The position numbers were made by a program, and so were the translations under genes. 64,000 bases of DNA, from NCBI GenBank assembly GCA_004555705.1, contig SFHI01000001.1, positions 131-64,130 of the forward strand. The letters run 5' to 3'. Numbering within the stretch: the first letter of the stretch is position 1; each line of letters begins with the position of its first letter. Shown piece after piece: positions 26,550 through 35,238 of this stretch. Source of the stretch: Clostridiales bacterium (GTDB lineage Bacteria; Bacillota; Clostridia; Oscillospirales; Oscillospiraceae). A model generated the notes under the pieces. It made no database searches and had not been told where the DNA came from. It worked only from the letters and a program-made list of their open reading frames with translations.

Positions 26550-26784
26550 AAATTGTTGTTTGAACGGCTTCGCCTTCAAATTACCTGTCATTGCGAACCA
26601 GTCCGCTTAAGTGGTGTGGCAATCCCCCGGTTGAAAGGAACCAGGTAACGATTACCGCCAAAAATCGCAGCAACTCCCACTCTTCCGGGTTCTGTTCGGT
26701 ACATTTCCCCTCTATCCGGGGGATTGCCACGCCAGTGTGCGCACTGGCTCGCAATGACAGCAAAAAACGTACAAACAACAATTT
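26550..26784. mobile_element. Non-autonomous REPIN/MITE-like element, family A
   Basis: Inner arms TGTCATTGCGAACCAGT..GTGGCAATCCCCCGG (26586-26630) and CCGGGGGATTGCCAC..CGCAATGACA (26715-26759); outer arms AAATTGTTGTTTGAACG (26550-26566) and CGTACAAACAACAATTT (26768-26784). Confidence 0.7.
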
Positions 26785-26817
26785 ATCGTTCTGCCATACC
26801 GGGCACGCTTGGGTATT

Positions 26818-28131
26818 TCAGAATACGATTACCCCATTTTCCATGGGCAGGTCCCCATTGTCGTCGAAGGGCCATTCCTCAGGCTCCGATTCCACGACAA
26901 GATTCGGATTCCGGCGTGCCTCCTCCAGATAGGCCTCGCTGAGGAGGATATGCTCGATATGCAGACTGTTGGGGATGCGGACCACCCGGGGATGCTCCTT
27001 GTCGTTTTTCACACAGGTGCGCAGACACATCTGGACGCATTCCTTGTCGCTTTCCATAATGACCGGAATCTTGGAGCTTTCCACAATGGTGCAGGTGATG
27101 CAGTTCATGTACATGGCCGTCAGGTCGATCTGGTCAAAAATCCGCTGCGTCATCACGCTGCAGTTCCCCGCGCCAATGGCGTTGCCATGGCTTTCCGGGC
27201 TGAGATTCAGCACGGCTACCCGCTGGGAACGCAGGCCTCCGGACGCGTAGGGGGTCGGAAAGTTCCCCGTGATGTTCGGGTCCATGCCGTCGCCGGAAAA
27301 GTTTTTCCCCATCTGGTCGACCACCAGCACATCCGCCTCGTCCACCAGAATCCGCGGCATATTGGCCTTCGCTTCCTCCAGCAGCCCCGGCTCCACACTT
27401 TCGATGTCCTCCGCGGGAACCACAGCGATCCGTGCCGTTTCGTCAAACGCGTTTTCAATGGCCGCCACCGCGAAAATCACCGGCGCGTTCTGGAGGATGC
27501 AGCGACCGAACAGCGGGATGTTCTTCGCCATGTCCCCGATGCCCTCATTGTGACAGACCTCGGCACCGTATTGCTTGCCCAAGCCGATGGCCATCATTTT
27601 CATGATGCCGCTTTCATATTTCCCCCGGAACGCGGAGTGGGGCTTCACCCGGCAATTGACGATAATCCCGTCCGCCTGGGCAGCGTATTTATCGATGTAG
27701 ACGTCCCGTCCCTCATCGTTGACGCCGATCTTCACAACCTCCATCGAGGAGCGGATCGGGCAGCCCAGATACTCCTCCGTGCAGCCGTAGTCCTCCACGA
27801 TCCTCCGCTGGCCTTCCGCCGTTGCGCCGCCGTGGCTTCCCATGGCCGGAACGATAAAGGGTTCCGCGCCCCGGCTCTTGCAGAAGTCCACAATGGTCTT
27901 TGTGATCACAGCCACATTCGCCACACCGCGGCTGCCGACTGTAATCGCGATTTTCATACCGGGCCTGACACGTTCAGGAATCGGCTGCTGATTCAGCAGC
28001 GCCCCCAATGTATCCGGGATACGCTCCGGCTCGATCCGGGGCCTGGGGAAAATCTGTTTGACCCGGAACATTTTCGGCAGCTTTACATCCCTCACCTTTT
28101 CCGAAATGGCAGGCCGCAATCTGTCTTTCAT
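26818..28131 (-). CDS. LarA-superfamily (lactate racemase N-domain/DUF362-like) protein
   Basis: AITVGSRG, PAMGSHGG, NCRVKPH..F..ESGIMKM..GLGK, GKNFSGDGMD. Confidence 0.75.
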   Translation of the reverse strand: MKDRLRPAISEKVRDVKLPKMFRVKQIFPRPRIEPERIPDTLGALLNQQPIPERVRPGMKIAITVGSRGVANVAVITKTIVDFCKSRGAEPFIVPAMGSHGGATAEGQRRIVEDYGCTEEYLGCPIRSSMEVVKIGVNDEGRDVYIDKYAAQADGIIVNCRVKPHSAFRGKYESGIMKMMAIGLGKQYGAEVCHNEGIGDMAKNIPLFGRCILQNAPVIFAVAAIENAFDETARIAVVPAEDIESVEPGLLEEAKANMPRILVDEADVLVVDQMGKNFSGDGMDPNITGNFPTPYASGGLRSQRVAVLNLSPESHGNAIGAGNCSVMTQRIFDQIDLTAMYMNCITCTIVESSKIPVIMESDKECVQMCLRTCVKNDKEHPRVVRIPNSLHIEHILLSEAYLEEARRNPNLVVESEPEEWPFDDNGDLPMENGVIVF

Positions 28132-28154
28132 AGAACCACCCTTCTGTTTTTCCG

Positions 28155-29180
28155 TTAAAACGCGATCATGACCTTCAGCATTGTATCCGAATGCTCCGAA
28201 AAATCCCGGAATGCCTTCGGCGCGTCCTCAAAGGGGTAGACATCTGTGATCAGCTTCTCCAGGTCCGCCTTTCCCCCAGCGACCAGATCAATCAGCTCCA
28301 GGAAATCCTCCTTCAGCGCGTTCCGGGAGCCAAAAATCTGCAGCTCTTTTTTCTGAATGATCGTATAGAAGAAATCCAGGTTCTTTTTGCCGACGCCCAC
28401 GTCCACGACCCGGCCGCCGAAACAGACCGCGTCGATGCAGTTCATGAACGTATTCGGCAAGCCCACCGCTTCAATCGCCACATCAAAGCCGTCGCCGTTT
28501 GTCAGCTCCCGAACACCCTGTTCAAAGCTTTCCGGGGAATCATTCAGCAGCACATGATCCACCCCAAACTGCCTGGCCATCTCCAGCTTCTGGGGGGCCA
28601 CGTCGCAGATCGTAACCTCGGCGCCAAAGCTCTTCGCGGAGATCGCCGATACAACACCGATGGTCCCGGCTCCAATCACGAGAACCCGTTCGCCGGGCTT
28701 GATGTCCGCCCGCTTCGCGCCGTGATAGCCGATGCAGAAGGGCTCAATGGCAGCAAGCGTCTTGGCCGGCAGGCCCTTGCCGTCATAGATCCGCTCCTCC
28801 GGCATCACAAAGTAGGTGGAGAACGCACCGTCACGCTGGCACCCCAGCGTTTGATTGTCCGTGCAGGCGTTCACAAGCCCCCGGCGGCAGGAATAGCAGT
28901 GACCGCAGTTGAAATAGGGATTCCCCGTCACCACCATGCCCGGCTTCAGCCCATAGGCATTGTCCCCGTCGCAATCGACGATCTCCGCGGAGAACTCATG
29001 CCCCGGAATTCTGGGGTAGTCAAAATAGGCAAAGGTGCCCCGGTAGCTTCCCAGGTCCGACCCGCAGATGCCTCCGTACAGCAGTCTGAGCAGAACCTCC
29101 CCTTTCTTTCTTTCCGGCATGGGGCTGTCAATAATCGACACATCCCCCGGCGCGTTGATAATGATGCTCCTGTTTTTCAT
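28155..29180 (-). CDS. Zn-dependent aldonate dehydrogenase (L-galactonate 5-dehydrogenase LgoD/YjjN-like)
   Basis: GICGSD, YPRIPGHE, CGHCYSC..NAC, GAGTIG, KKEL..GSRNA. Confidence 0.85.
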   Translation of the reverse strand: MKNRSIIINAPGDVSIIDSPMPERKKGEVLLRLLYGGICGSDLGSYRGTFAYFDYPRIPGHEFSAEIVDCDGDNAYGLKPGMVVTGNPYFNCGHCYSCRRGLVNACTDNQTLGCQRDGAFSTYFVMPEERIYDGKGLPAKTLAAIEPFCIGYHGAKRADIKPGERVLVIGAGTIGVVSAISAKSFGAEVTICDVAPQKLEMARQFGVDHVLLNDSPESFEQGVRELTNGDGFDVAIEAVGLPNTFMNCIDAVCFGGRVVDVGVGKKNLDFFYTIIQKKELQIFGSRNALKEDFLELIDLVAGGKADLEKLITDVYPFEDAPKAFRDFSEHSDTMLKVMIAF

Positions 29181-29219
29181 TACTTACCTCCCGACCCGCC
29201 TGCCTCGGCGGATGAATAT

Positions 29220-30056
29220 TCAGCGATCCCCGGACGGCTGCATCCACCCCAGCTCGCTTCCATCGATCAGTCCGAAGCAGCGCAGCATACGGGGCAAATA
29301 TGTATTCCAGAAATCCCAGTCATGGCGTCCCCTGCCCTCTTCATAGGTGTAATCCCATTTCCCGGTACAGGCAGCCACCGCGTCGCGGAATCTGGTATTC
29401 TGCCCATGCAGGAAATCCTCCGTTCCGCAGGCATGATAGATTTTCGGCGCGAAACCGCCTTCCGCGTCCCGCTTCTGAAGCAGCGCGAACAAATCGTCAT
29501 CCGACCCGTGGAATCTCTCCCGGCTGCCGAAAACGTCGAATACGTTTCTCGCCATATCCGGCACCGTGAAGGGCAGCTCCGCCTGCTCCTTCAGATTCTC
29601 CTCCATATCCATGCCTCCGGAGAGAATCCCAACGCCCGCGTAACTGCCGGGGCGGTTCATTCCGATTTTTGCGGCGCCGTAGCCTCCCATGGAGATTCCG
29701 GCAATGTACATATCCTCCGGCCTTGTGCTTCCGTGGAACAGGTTGGCCACCACCACCGGAAGCTCATCCGCCACATAGCTGAAATAGCGGTGGGTATATA
29801 CGCCGTCGGTGTACATTCCCCGGTGGCAGTTCGGCATGACCACAATCAGGTCCTTGTCCCGCACCAAAAGCTCGATCAGGCTTTTGCGAATATATGCCGT
29901 GTGGTCATCGCTGTGCCCATGCAGCAGGTACAGGACTTTATACCGGTCATTGGACCGGTCATAGGGGCGCTGCTGGCGCTTTTCCGGAAGCAGCACTGCC
30001 AGCTCCGTATCCATGCCCAGCCGGTAAGAAAAAATGTCGCATTGTACAAAAGCCAT
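29220..30056 (-). CDS. Esterase family alpha/beta hydrolase
   Basis: VLYLLHG, GISMGG, CGTEDFL, HDWDFW. Confidence 0.88.
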   Translation of the reverse strand: MAFVQCDIFSYRLGMDTELAVLLPEKRQQRPYDRSNDRYKVLYLLHGHSDDHTAYIRKSLIELLVRDKDLIVVMPNCHRGMYTDGVYTHRYFSYVADELPVVVANLFHGSTRPEDMYIAGISMGGYGAAKIGMNRPGSYAGVGILSGGMDMEENLKEQAELPFTVPDMARNVFDVFGSRERFHGSDDDLFALLQKRDAEGGFAPKIYHACGTEDFLHGQNTRFRDAVAACTGKWDYTYEEGRGRHDWDFWNTYLPRMLRCFGLIDGSELGWMQPSGDR

Positions 30057-30068
30057 ACCATACCCTCC

Positions 30069-30878
30069 TCAGAACAGAACTCTTCTGTTGTCGGTGCCGT
30101 ATTCCACCGGAATCAGGCCGAAGCATTGCAGCATTTTGGGCAGATAATAGTTCCAGTTGTCCCAGTTGTGATTCCCGGGCCGCTCATCGCAGGTGTAATC
30201 CCAGGCGCCTTTGAGAGAATGGAACGTGTCACGAAGCAAGGCATACCCGGGATACAGGGGGTCGTCCGTCCCGCATTCGTGGAAGAATTTCACCCCCGGC
30301 ATTCCGCCCTTGGCGTCCAGCTCCCGCAGAAGCGCGGCCAGGTCCGCGCTGGGCGTGCTGTCCGCCGTGCGTCGGGCATTCACGGCAAAATCCTCCGAAG
30401 TGAACATGCCCTTCCCCGTGTCCTTTGTGCGGATGCCAGCACTCAGGCAGCCGACACCGGCAAATCTCCCCGGATTGTTCAGCGCGATGCGCATGGCGCC
30501 CATGCCGCCCATGGACAAGCCCGCGATGTAGGTATCCTCGGGCCTGGTACTGACCGGGAAGAAATTGGGCACCTGAACCAGAACATCCTCCATGATATAG
30601 TCGTAATAGTGATGCCCGTGGGAGGAATTACCATACCCGCTCCTGTGCGCCTCCGGCATAACCACCGCGACGTCGTATCGCCGCACAAGCAGCTCGATCA
30701 CACTTTTGCGGATATAGGCGCTGTGGTCGTCGCTGTGCCCATGCAGAAGGTACAGCACCTTGTATTTCGCGTCAGGCTTCAGAACAGGCTTCTCCTGCCG
30801 TTTTTCCGGCAGCAGAACATTCATCGGGATGTCCATTCCCAGCTGGTAGGAGAAAAAATCGCAGGTCAAAAATGCCAT
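30069..30878 (-). CDS. Esterase family alpha/beta hydrolase
   Basis: ATG 30878; VLYLLHG, GLSMGG, CGTDDPL, HNWDNW. Confidence 0.88.
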   Translation of the reverse strand: MAFLTCDFFSYQLGMDIPMNVLLPEKRQEKPVLKPDAKYKVLYLLHGHSDDHSAYIRKSVIELLVRRYDVAVVMPEAHRSGYGNSSHGHHYYDYIMEDVLVQVPNFFPVSTRPEDTYIAGLSMGGMGAMRIALNNPGRFAGVGCLSAGIRTKDTGKGMFTSEDFAVNARRTADSTPSADLAALLRELDAKGGMPGVKFFHECGTDDPLYPGYALLRDTFHSLKGAWDYTCDERPGNHNWDNWNYYLPKMLQCFGLIPVEYGTDNRRVLF

Positions 30879-30952
30879 GAAATCAATCCCTTCTTTTCTT
30901 TGTTTTTCATTGTGGCCGCCCGGCACCCTTGCAGATTCCGCCGCGGCAAAGC

Positions 30953-31582
30953 TTACAGCAGTTTCTGAAGCGCAAGCTGGTGAGCGATTCTCAGATGGGC
31001 TTCCATCGCGGCAGCGGCATCCTCATAGCGTCCTGCCAGAATTGCCTCCACGACGCTCCGGTGCTCCTCATAGGAGTCCTTCAGGCGGGACGGAATGGTT
31101 CCCATCAGCGCGCGGATCCGCGTGTTCTCTACGACAGCCTGCTCCATGATCCGGTTGATATAGGGATTGGAGGCGCTCTCGTAAATCAGTCTGTGCAGCT
31201 GCGCGTCCAGTCGGTATTGCTCCGACGCGTCGAAGGCCGTATAAGCCAGCTCCATTGCGTGCCAGGTGGACAGAAGCTGATCCCTGAGAATCCTGTCCGC
31301 ATAGGTGCGGATGACATAGGGCTCCAGAATCGTCCGCATCTCAAACACCGCGTTGATCTCCTGTACACTCAGGCTCTTCACCGCGACGCCGCGTTTGGGA
31401 ATGATCCGGACCAGGCCCTCCTGTTCCAGCCAGGCAAGCGCCTCCCGTACCGGGGTGCGGCTGACGCCGACCAGCTCCACCAGCTCAGATTCACTCAGGA
31501 CCCCGCCGGGCTTGAACGCTCCGCTCACAATCTGGTGGCGGATCTGCGAATAAGCCTTTTGTTTCAATCCCGTCCGTACCAT
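30953..31582 (-). CDS. GntR (FCD) family transcriptional regulator
   Basis: ATG 31582 after GAGGAGG; VSRTPVREAL, LDAQLH, EEH..AHL. Confidence 0.9.
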   Translation of the reverse strand: MVRTGLKQKAYSQIRHQIVSGAFKPGGVLSESELVELVGVSRTPVREALAWLEQEGLVRIIPKRGVAVKSLSVQEINAVFEMRTILEPYVIRTYADRILRDQLLSTWHAMELAYTAFDASEQYRLDAQLHRLIYESASNPYINRIMEQAVVENTRIRALMGTIPSRLKDSYEEHRSVVEAILAGRYEDAAAAMEAHLRIAHQLALQKLL

Positions 31583-31604
31583 AAATCCTCCTCGCTGTCC
31601 ACTG

Positions 31605-31658
31605 TTGGATACATCTTGTATACAACATAAGGATACCAGATGATACTTCAATTGGCAA
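31605..31658 (-). promoter_or_regulatory. sigma-A promoter of gntR-esterase operon with tandem operators
   Basis: - strand TTGCCA (31658-31653)-17 bp-TATCCT (31635-31630) with TG; boxes TTGGATACAT 31605-31614 and TTGTATACAA 31616-31625. Confidence 0.7.
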
Positions 31659-31797
31659 TATCTACTTTTCCACAAATTTACCGAGGATTATTTGTGCTTT
31701 ATGACATATTGTATTTATTTTATTCCGTATCTTTTGGATGATATTCTAATTTCCTGTCCCATATTTTTTATCACTTTATCAATTTTTCAAAAGGGAA

Positions 31798-31840
31798 TTG
31801 ACTTTTTGCTTCTTTGTGGTATTCTTTTGATGTATACATC
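31798..31840 (+). promoter_or_regulatory. sigma-A promoter of larA-uxuB operon with operator
   Basis: TTGACT-16 bp-TATTCT with TG; palindrome GATGTATACATC at 31829-31840. Confidence 0.7.
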
Positions 31841-31979
31841 TTTTCCAATTTCCAGGAAACAGCAGATTGTTTCGGCCCGTCAATGGCCGCATCTGCCCGG
31901 AACACCTTCTGCCCTCTTTGGGGGCGGAAGGCGTCCTGGCAGCAGGAAAAATACAACATGACAGTTTAAGGAAATGACG

Positions 31980-33260
31980 ATGAATGAGATTTTTACGCAG
32001 TCCCCAACGGGTATCGGAGCGGATGCGCTCGAGGCCCATGTAAAGGCTGTCGCCAGCCAGTTCCCCAATGTCAAAACGGTTCTGATCATTCCTCCCGACT
32101 TCACACGCTTCCACTCCATGGCCGGGGAGATCACGAAACTGCTCTACCGGGAGTTCTCCCCCAGGAGCGTTGTCCGGATCATTCCGGCCCTGGGCACCCA
32201 TATGCCGGTCAGCGAGGAAGAGCGGCTGCGCATGTTCGGAAGCGAAATTCCTTCCTCCTGTTTTCTGATTCATCATTGGCAGACGGATACGGTCCAGCTC
32301 GGACAGATTCCGCCGGAGGAAACGGCCCGCATCAGCGGCGGACTATATTCCGAAGCCATCGAGGTGGAAGTGAATCACCTTTTGGTGGACGGGGGCTTTG
32401 ACGTGATCTTTTCCGTGGGCCAGGTTGTCCCCCACGAGGTGGTCGGCATGGCCAATTACAGCAAGAATCTGTTCGTGGGCCTTGGGGGCCGGTCCATGAT
32501 CAACAAGTCCCATATGCTCAGCGCCATCTGCGGCATTGAAAACGCCCTCGGTGTCATTGACAGCCCCGCCCGCCAGCTTTATGACTACGCACAGCAAAAA
32601 TTTATAGACGGAAAGTTCCCCGTCGTCTATATGCAGACGGTCACGACCCGTGAAAACGGCCGTGTATGCCTTCACGGTGTATTTTCCGGCTCCAGCCGCA
32701 GGCCCTTTGAGCTGGCAGCGGACCTGTCCCAGTCCATAAATATTACCTACCTGGACCGCCGGGCGAAAAAGGTCGTCGTCTACATGGACCCCGACGAGTT
32801 TAAAACCACCTGGGTTGGGAACAAGGGAATCTACCGGACCCGAATGGCGGTGGCTGACGGAGGGGAACTGGTGGTTCTCGCCCCCGGCATCCGCGGATTT
32901 GGAGAAAACAGCGAAACCGACGCCATGACCCGCAAATATGGCTACTGCGGAACCGACACCATATTGGACCTCTACCGCAAAGGGGCCTTTGATCGGATGG
33001 AAATGAGCGCCGCGCACCTGATGCAGGGCTCTTCTGACGGCCGTTTCCGCATTACCTATGCCACCAGACCGGAAAACCTTTCCAAACACGATATTGAATC
33101 GGTGGGCTTCCAATGGGCCGATTACGAAACCACCGCCCGGCGGTATGACCCGGCTGTCCTCCGCGAGGGCTGGAATGTCCTGCCGGATGGTGAGGAGATT
33201 TATTTCGTTGGAACGCCCGCGCTGGGTCTCTGGAAAGCAAGAGACTGCGCGGCGGAATAA
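31980..33260 (+). CDS. LarA-family NPN-dependent 2-epimerase, GntE-like (candidate D-gluconate/D-mannonate epimerase)
   Basis: PPDFTR, ALGTH, PHEVVGMANYSK (H-x9-K as in LarA); ATG 31980 (alternative 31974); uxu context. Confidence 0.75.
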   Translation: MNEIFTQSPTGIGADALEAHVKAVASQFPNVKTVLIIPPDFTRFHSMAGEITKLLYREFSPRSVVRIIPALGTHMPVSEEERLRMFGSEIPSSCFLIHHWQTDTVQLGQIPPEETARISGGLYSEAIEVEVNHLLVDGGFDVIFSVGQVVPHEVVGMANYSKNLFVGLGGRSMINKSHMLSAICGIENALGVIDSPARQLYDYAQQKFIDGKFPVVYMQTVTTRENGRVCLHGVFSGSSRRPFELAADLSQSINITYLDRRAKKVVVYMDPDEFKTTWVGNKGIYRTRMAVADGGELVVLAPGIRGFGENSETDAMTRKYGYCGTDTILDLYRKGAFDRMEMSAAHLMQGSSDGRFRITYATRPENLSKHDIESVGFQWADYETTARRYDPAVLREGWNVLPDGEEIYFVGTPALGLWKARDCAAE

Positions 33261-33276
33261 AAGGAGGAGCATAATT

Positions 33277-34899
33277 ATGGAACTGTCCTATCTTGGTCTG
33301 CTTGATCCAGCCCCGTGGACTGCCGCGGGAATCGCACTGCCAAAATATGATGCTGCGGCAATGGCGGAAAAAACCCGCAAGGCGCCCATCTGGGTGCATT
33401 TCGGCAGCGGAAACATTTTCCGCGGCTTTATCGCCCAGCTTCAGCAGACCCTGCTGAACGCGGGCCTGGCCGAAAAAGGGATCCTCGCGGTGGATACCTT
33501 TGACTTTGACATCATTGACAGGATATACACGCCCTACGACAATCTGACACTGAACGTCACCCTGAATCCGGATGCCACAGTCTCCTGCGAGGTCATGTCC
33601 GCCGTAGCGGAGGGCCTCAAAGCCGACGCCCGCGACGACGTTCAGATGGCCCGGCTGCGCAGTATCTTTTCTGATCCCGGGCTGCAGCTGGTCAGCTTTA
33701 CCATCACGGAGAAGGGCTATGCCCTGCGCCGGGCGGACGGAAGCCTCCAGCCCATTGCGGCTGCGGATTTGGAAAACGGCCCCTCCTCCTGCTTCCACGC
33801 GATGAGCATTCTGACCGCGCTGCTGCTGCATCGCTATCAGACCTGTGCCGCCCCGCTGGCAGTGGTGTCCATGGACAACTGCTCCCGCAACGGAGAAAAG
33901 CTGTTTTCCAGTGTGATGGAGGTGGCGAAGGCCTGGGAAGCCCGGGGCTTTGCCGACGCCGGATTCCTGGCCTATCTGTCCGATTCCTCCCGGGTTTCCT
34001 TCCCCTGGAGCATGATCGACAAGATCACACCCCGTCCATCCAGTACGGTCCAGCGTATGCTGGAGTCCATGGGCATTGAGAACATGTCGCCCATCGTCAC
34101 CTCAAAAAACACGTTCATCGCCCCGTTTGTCAACGCGGAACGTCCCCAGTACCTGGTAATCGAGGACAATTTCCCCAACGGGCGGCCTCCGCTGGAGAAG
34201 GCCGGCGTCATTTTCGGCGACCGGGATACCGTGAACAAGTCCGAAGCAATGAAGGTCATGACCTGCCTCAATCCCCTGCACACCGCGATGTCCGTCTACG
34301 GCTGTATGCTGGGCTACACGCTGATCTGCGAGGAAATGAAGGACCCGGATATTGTGAAGCTGATTCAAATCCTGGGCTATCAGGAAGGCCTTCCCGTGGT
34401 GGTCGATCCCGGCATTCTCTCCCCGAAGGCCTTTCTCGACGAGGTTGTAACGGAGCGGCTTCCGAATCCCTTTATGCCGGACAGCCCCCAGCGGATCGCG
34501 ACGGACACCTCCCAGAAGGTCTCCATCCGTTTCGGTGAGACACTCAAAAACTACCGTGCCGCCGGCAAATCCCTCGACAGCCTCACCGCGATTCCCCTGG
34601 CGCTGGCGGGATGGCTGCGCTATCTTCTTGGTGTGGACGACCGGCTGGAGCCCATGGAAATCTCCCCCGACCCCATGAAGGAGGAGCTGCAGGCGGAATT
34701 GGCCGGGATTCAGGTTGGGAATCCGGAGAGCTATCACGGGCAGCTGCGCAATATTCTCTCCAACCAGGTGATTTTCGGCCTTGACCTTGTTCAGGCCGGG
34801 CTGGCAGAGAAGATCGAGGCGATCTTCCTGGATGAGCTGGCAGGTGCCGGCGCCGTTCGCGCGGCTCTGAAAAAGTACCTGTACCCGGAACAGGCCTGA
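33277..34899 (+). CDS. Mannitol dehydrogenase family, fructuronate/D-mannonate oxidoreductase (UxuB-like)
   Basis: ATG 33277 after AAGGAGG; WVHFGSGNIFR, TITEKGY, SMDN, MIDKITP, K..LNPLH, R..NP..D..RIATD-x-SQK. Confidence 0.85.
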   Translation: MELSYLGLLDPAPWTAAGIALPKYDAAAMAEKTRKAPIWVHFGSGNIFRGFIAQLQQTLLNAGLAEKGILAVDTFDFDIIDRIYTPYDNLTLNVTLNPDATVSCEVMSAVAEGLKADARDDVQMARLRSIFSDPGLQLVSFTITEKGYALRRADGSLQPIAAADLENGPSSCFHAMSILTALLLHRYQTCAAPLAVVSMDNCSRNGEKLFSSVMEVAKAWEARGFADAGFLAYLSDSSRVSFPWSMIDKITPRPSSTVQRMLESMGIENMSPIVTSKNTFIAPFVNAERPQYLVIEDNFPNGRPPLEKAGVIFGDRDTVNKSEAMKVMTCLNPLHTAMSVYGCMLGYTLICEEMKDPDIVKLIQILGYQEGLPVVVDPGILSPKAFLDEVVTERLPNPFMPDSPQRIATDTSQKVSIRFGETLKNYRAAGKSLDSLTAIPLALAGWLRYLLGVDDRLEPMEISPDPMKEELQAELAGIQVGNPESYHGQLRNILSNQVIFGLDLVQAGLAEKIEAIFLDELAGAGAVRAALKKYLYPEQA

Positions 34900-35013
34900 T
34901 TTCCCATACGCCTCCGGGGCAGCGCCCCCCGGCTATACAAGCCCTGTTTGTCTCCCCATCTCCGCCCCGGGAGTACGTAGTCCATTTGGGGGCTGCCTAC
35001 TCAAGAACGAAAA

Positions 35014-35047
35014 CACATCCCCCTGCCGGTTTTGGCAGGGGGATGTG
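35014..35047. terminator. Hairpin 1 of convergent intergenic region
   Basis: CACATCCCCCTGCC-GGTTTT-GGCAGGGGGATGTG. Confidence 0.75.
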
Positions 35048-35069
35048 CTTTGTCATAGGGAATGCGAAA

Positions 35070-35115
35070 GCCCCAGGGCTTCATCCGAGCAGATGAAGCT
35101 CTGGGGCCTTCTTTT
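35070..35115 (+). terminator. Hairpin 2 of convergent intergenic region
   Basis: GCCCCAGGGCTTCATC-CGAGCA-GATGAAGCTCTGGGGC then CTTCTTTT. Confidence 0.7.
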
Positions 35116-35187
35116 GGGAAAAAGGGAAAGTGTTTCCTAGAGCCTTTCGACCGTATCAGGGAGCTGCGCTTTTTATCCGGACTTTTA

Positions 35188-35216
35188 CCATGCTGCCGGA
35201 AAGCCCGGCAGCATGG
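35188..35216. terminator. Hairpin 3, just downstream of the giant gene
   Basis: CCATGCTGCCGG-AAAGC-CCGGCAGCATGG. Confidence 0.6.
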
Positions 35217-35238
35217 CTGCGGTTTTTAAGCCTTGGAA

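Noticed and set aside
28191..30968. 925-aa + strand ORF
   Set aside because: Lies antisense to three well-supported - strand genes
35100..35238. Possible riboswitch near the giant gene end
   Set aside because: Lies 3' of both flanking genes and I could not match a known aptamer consensus
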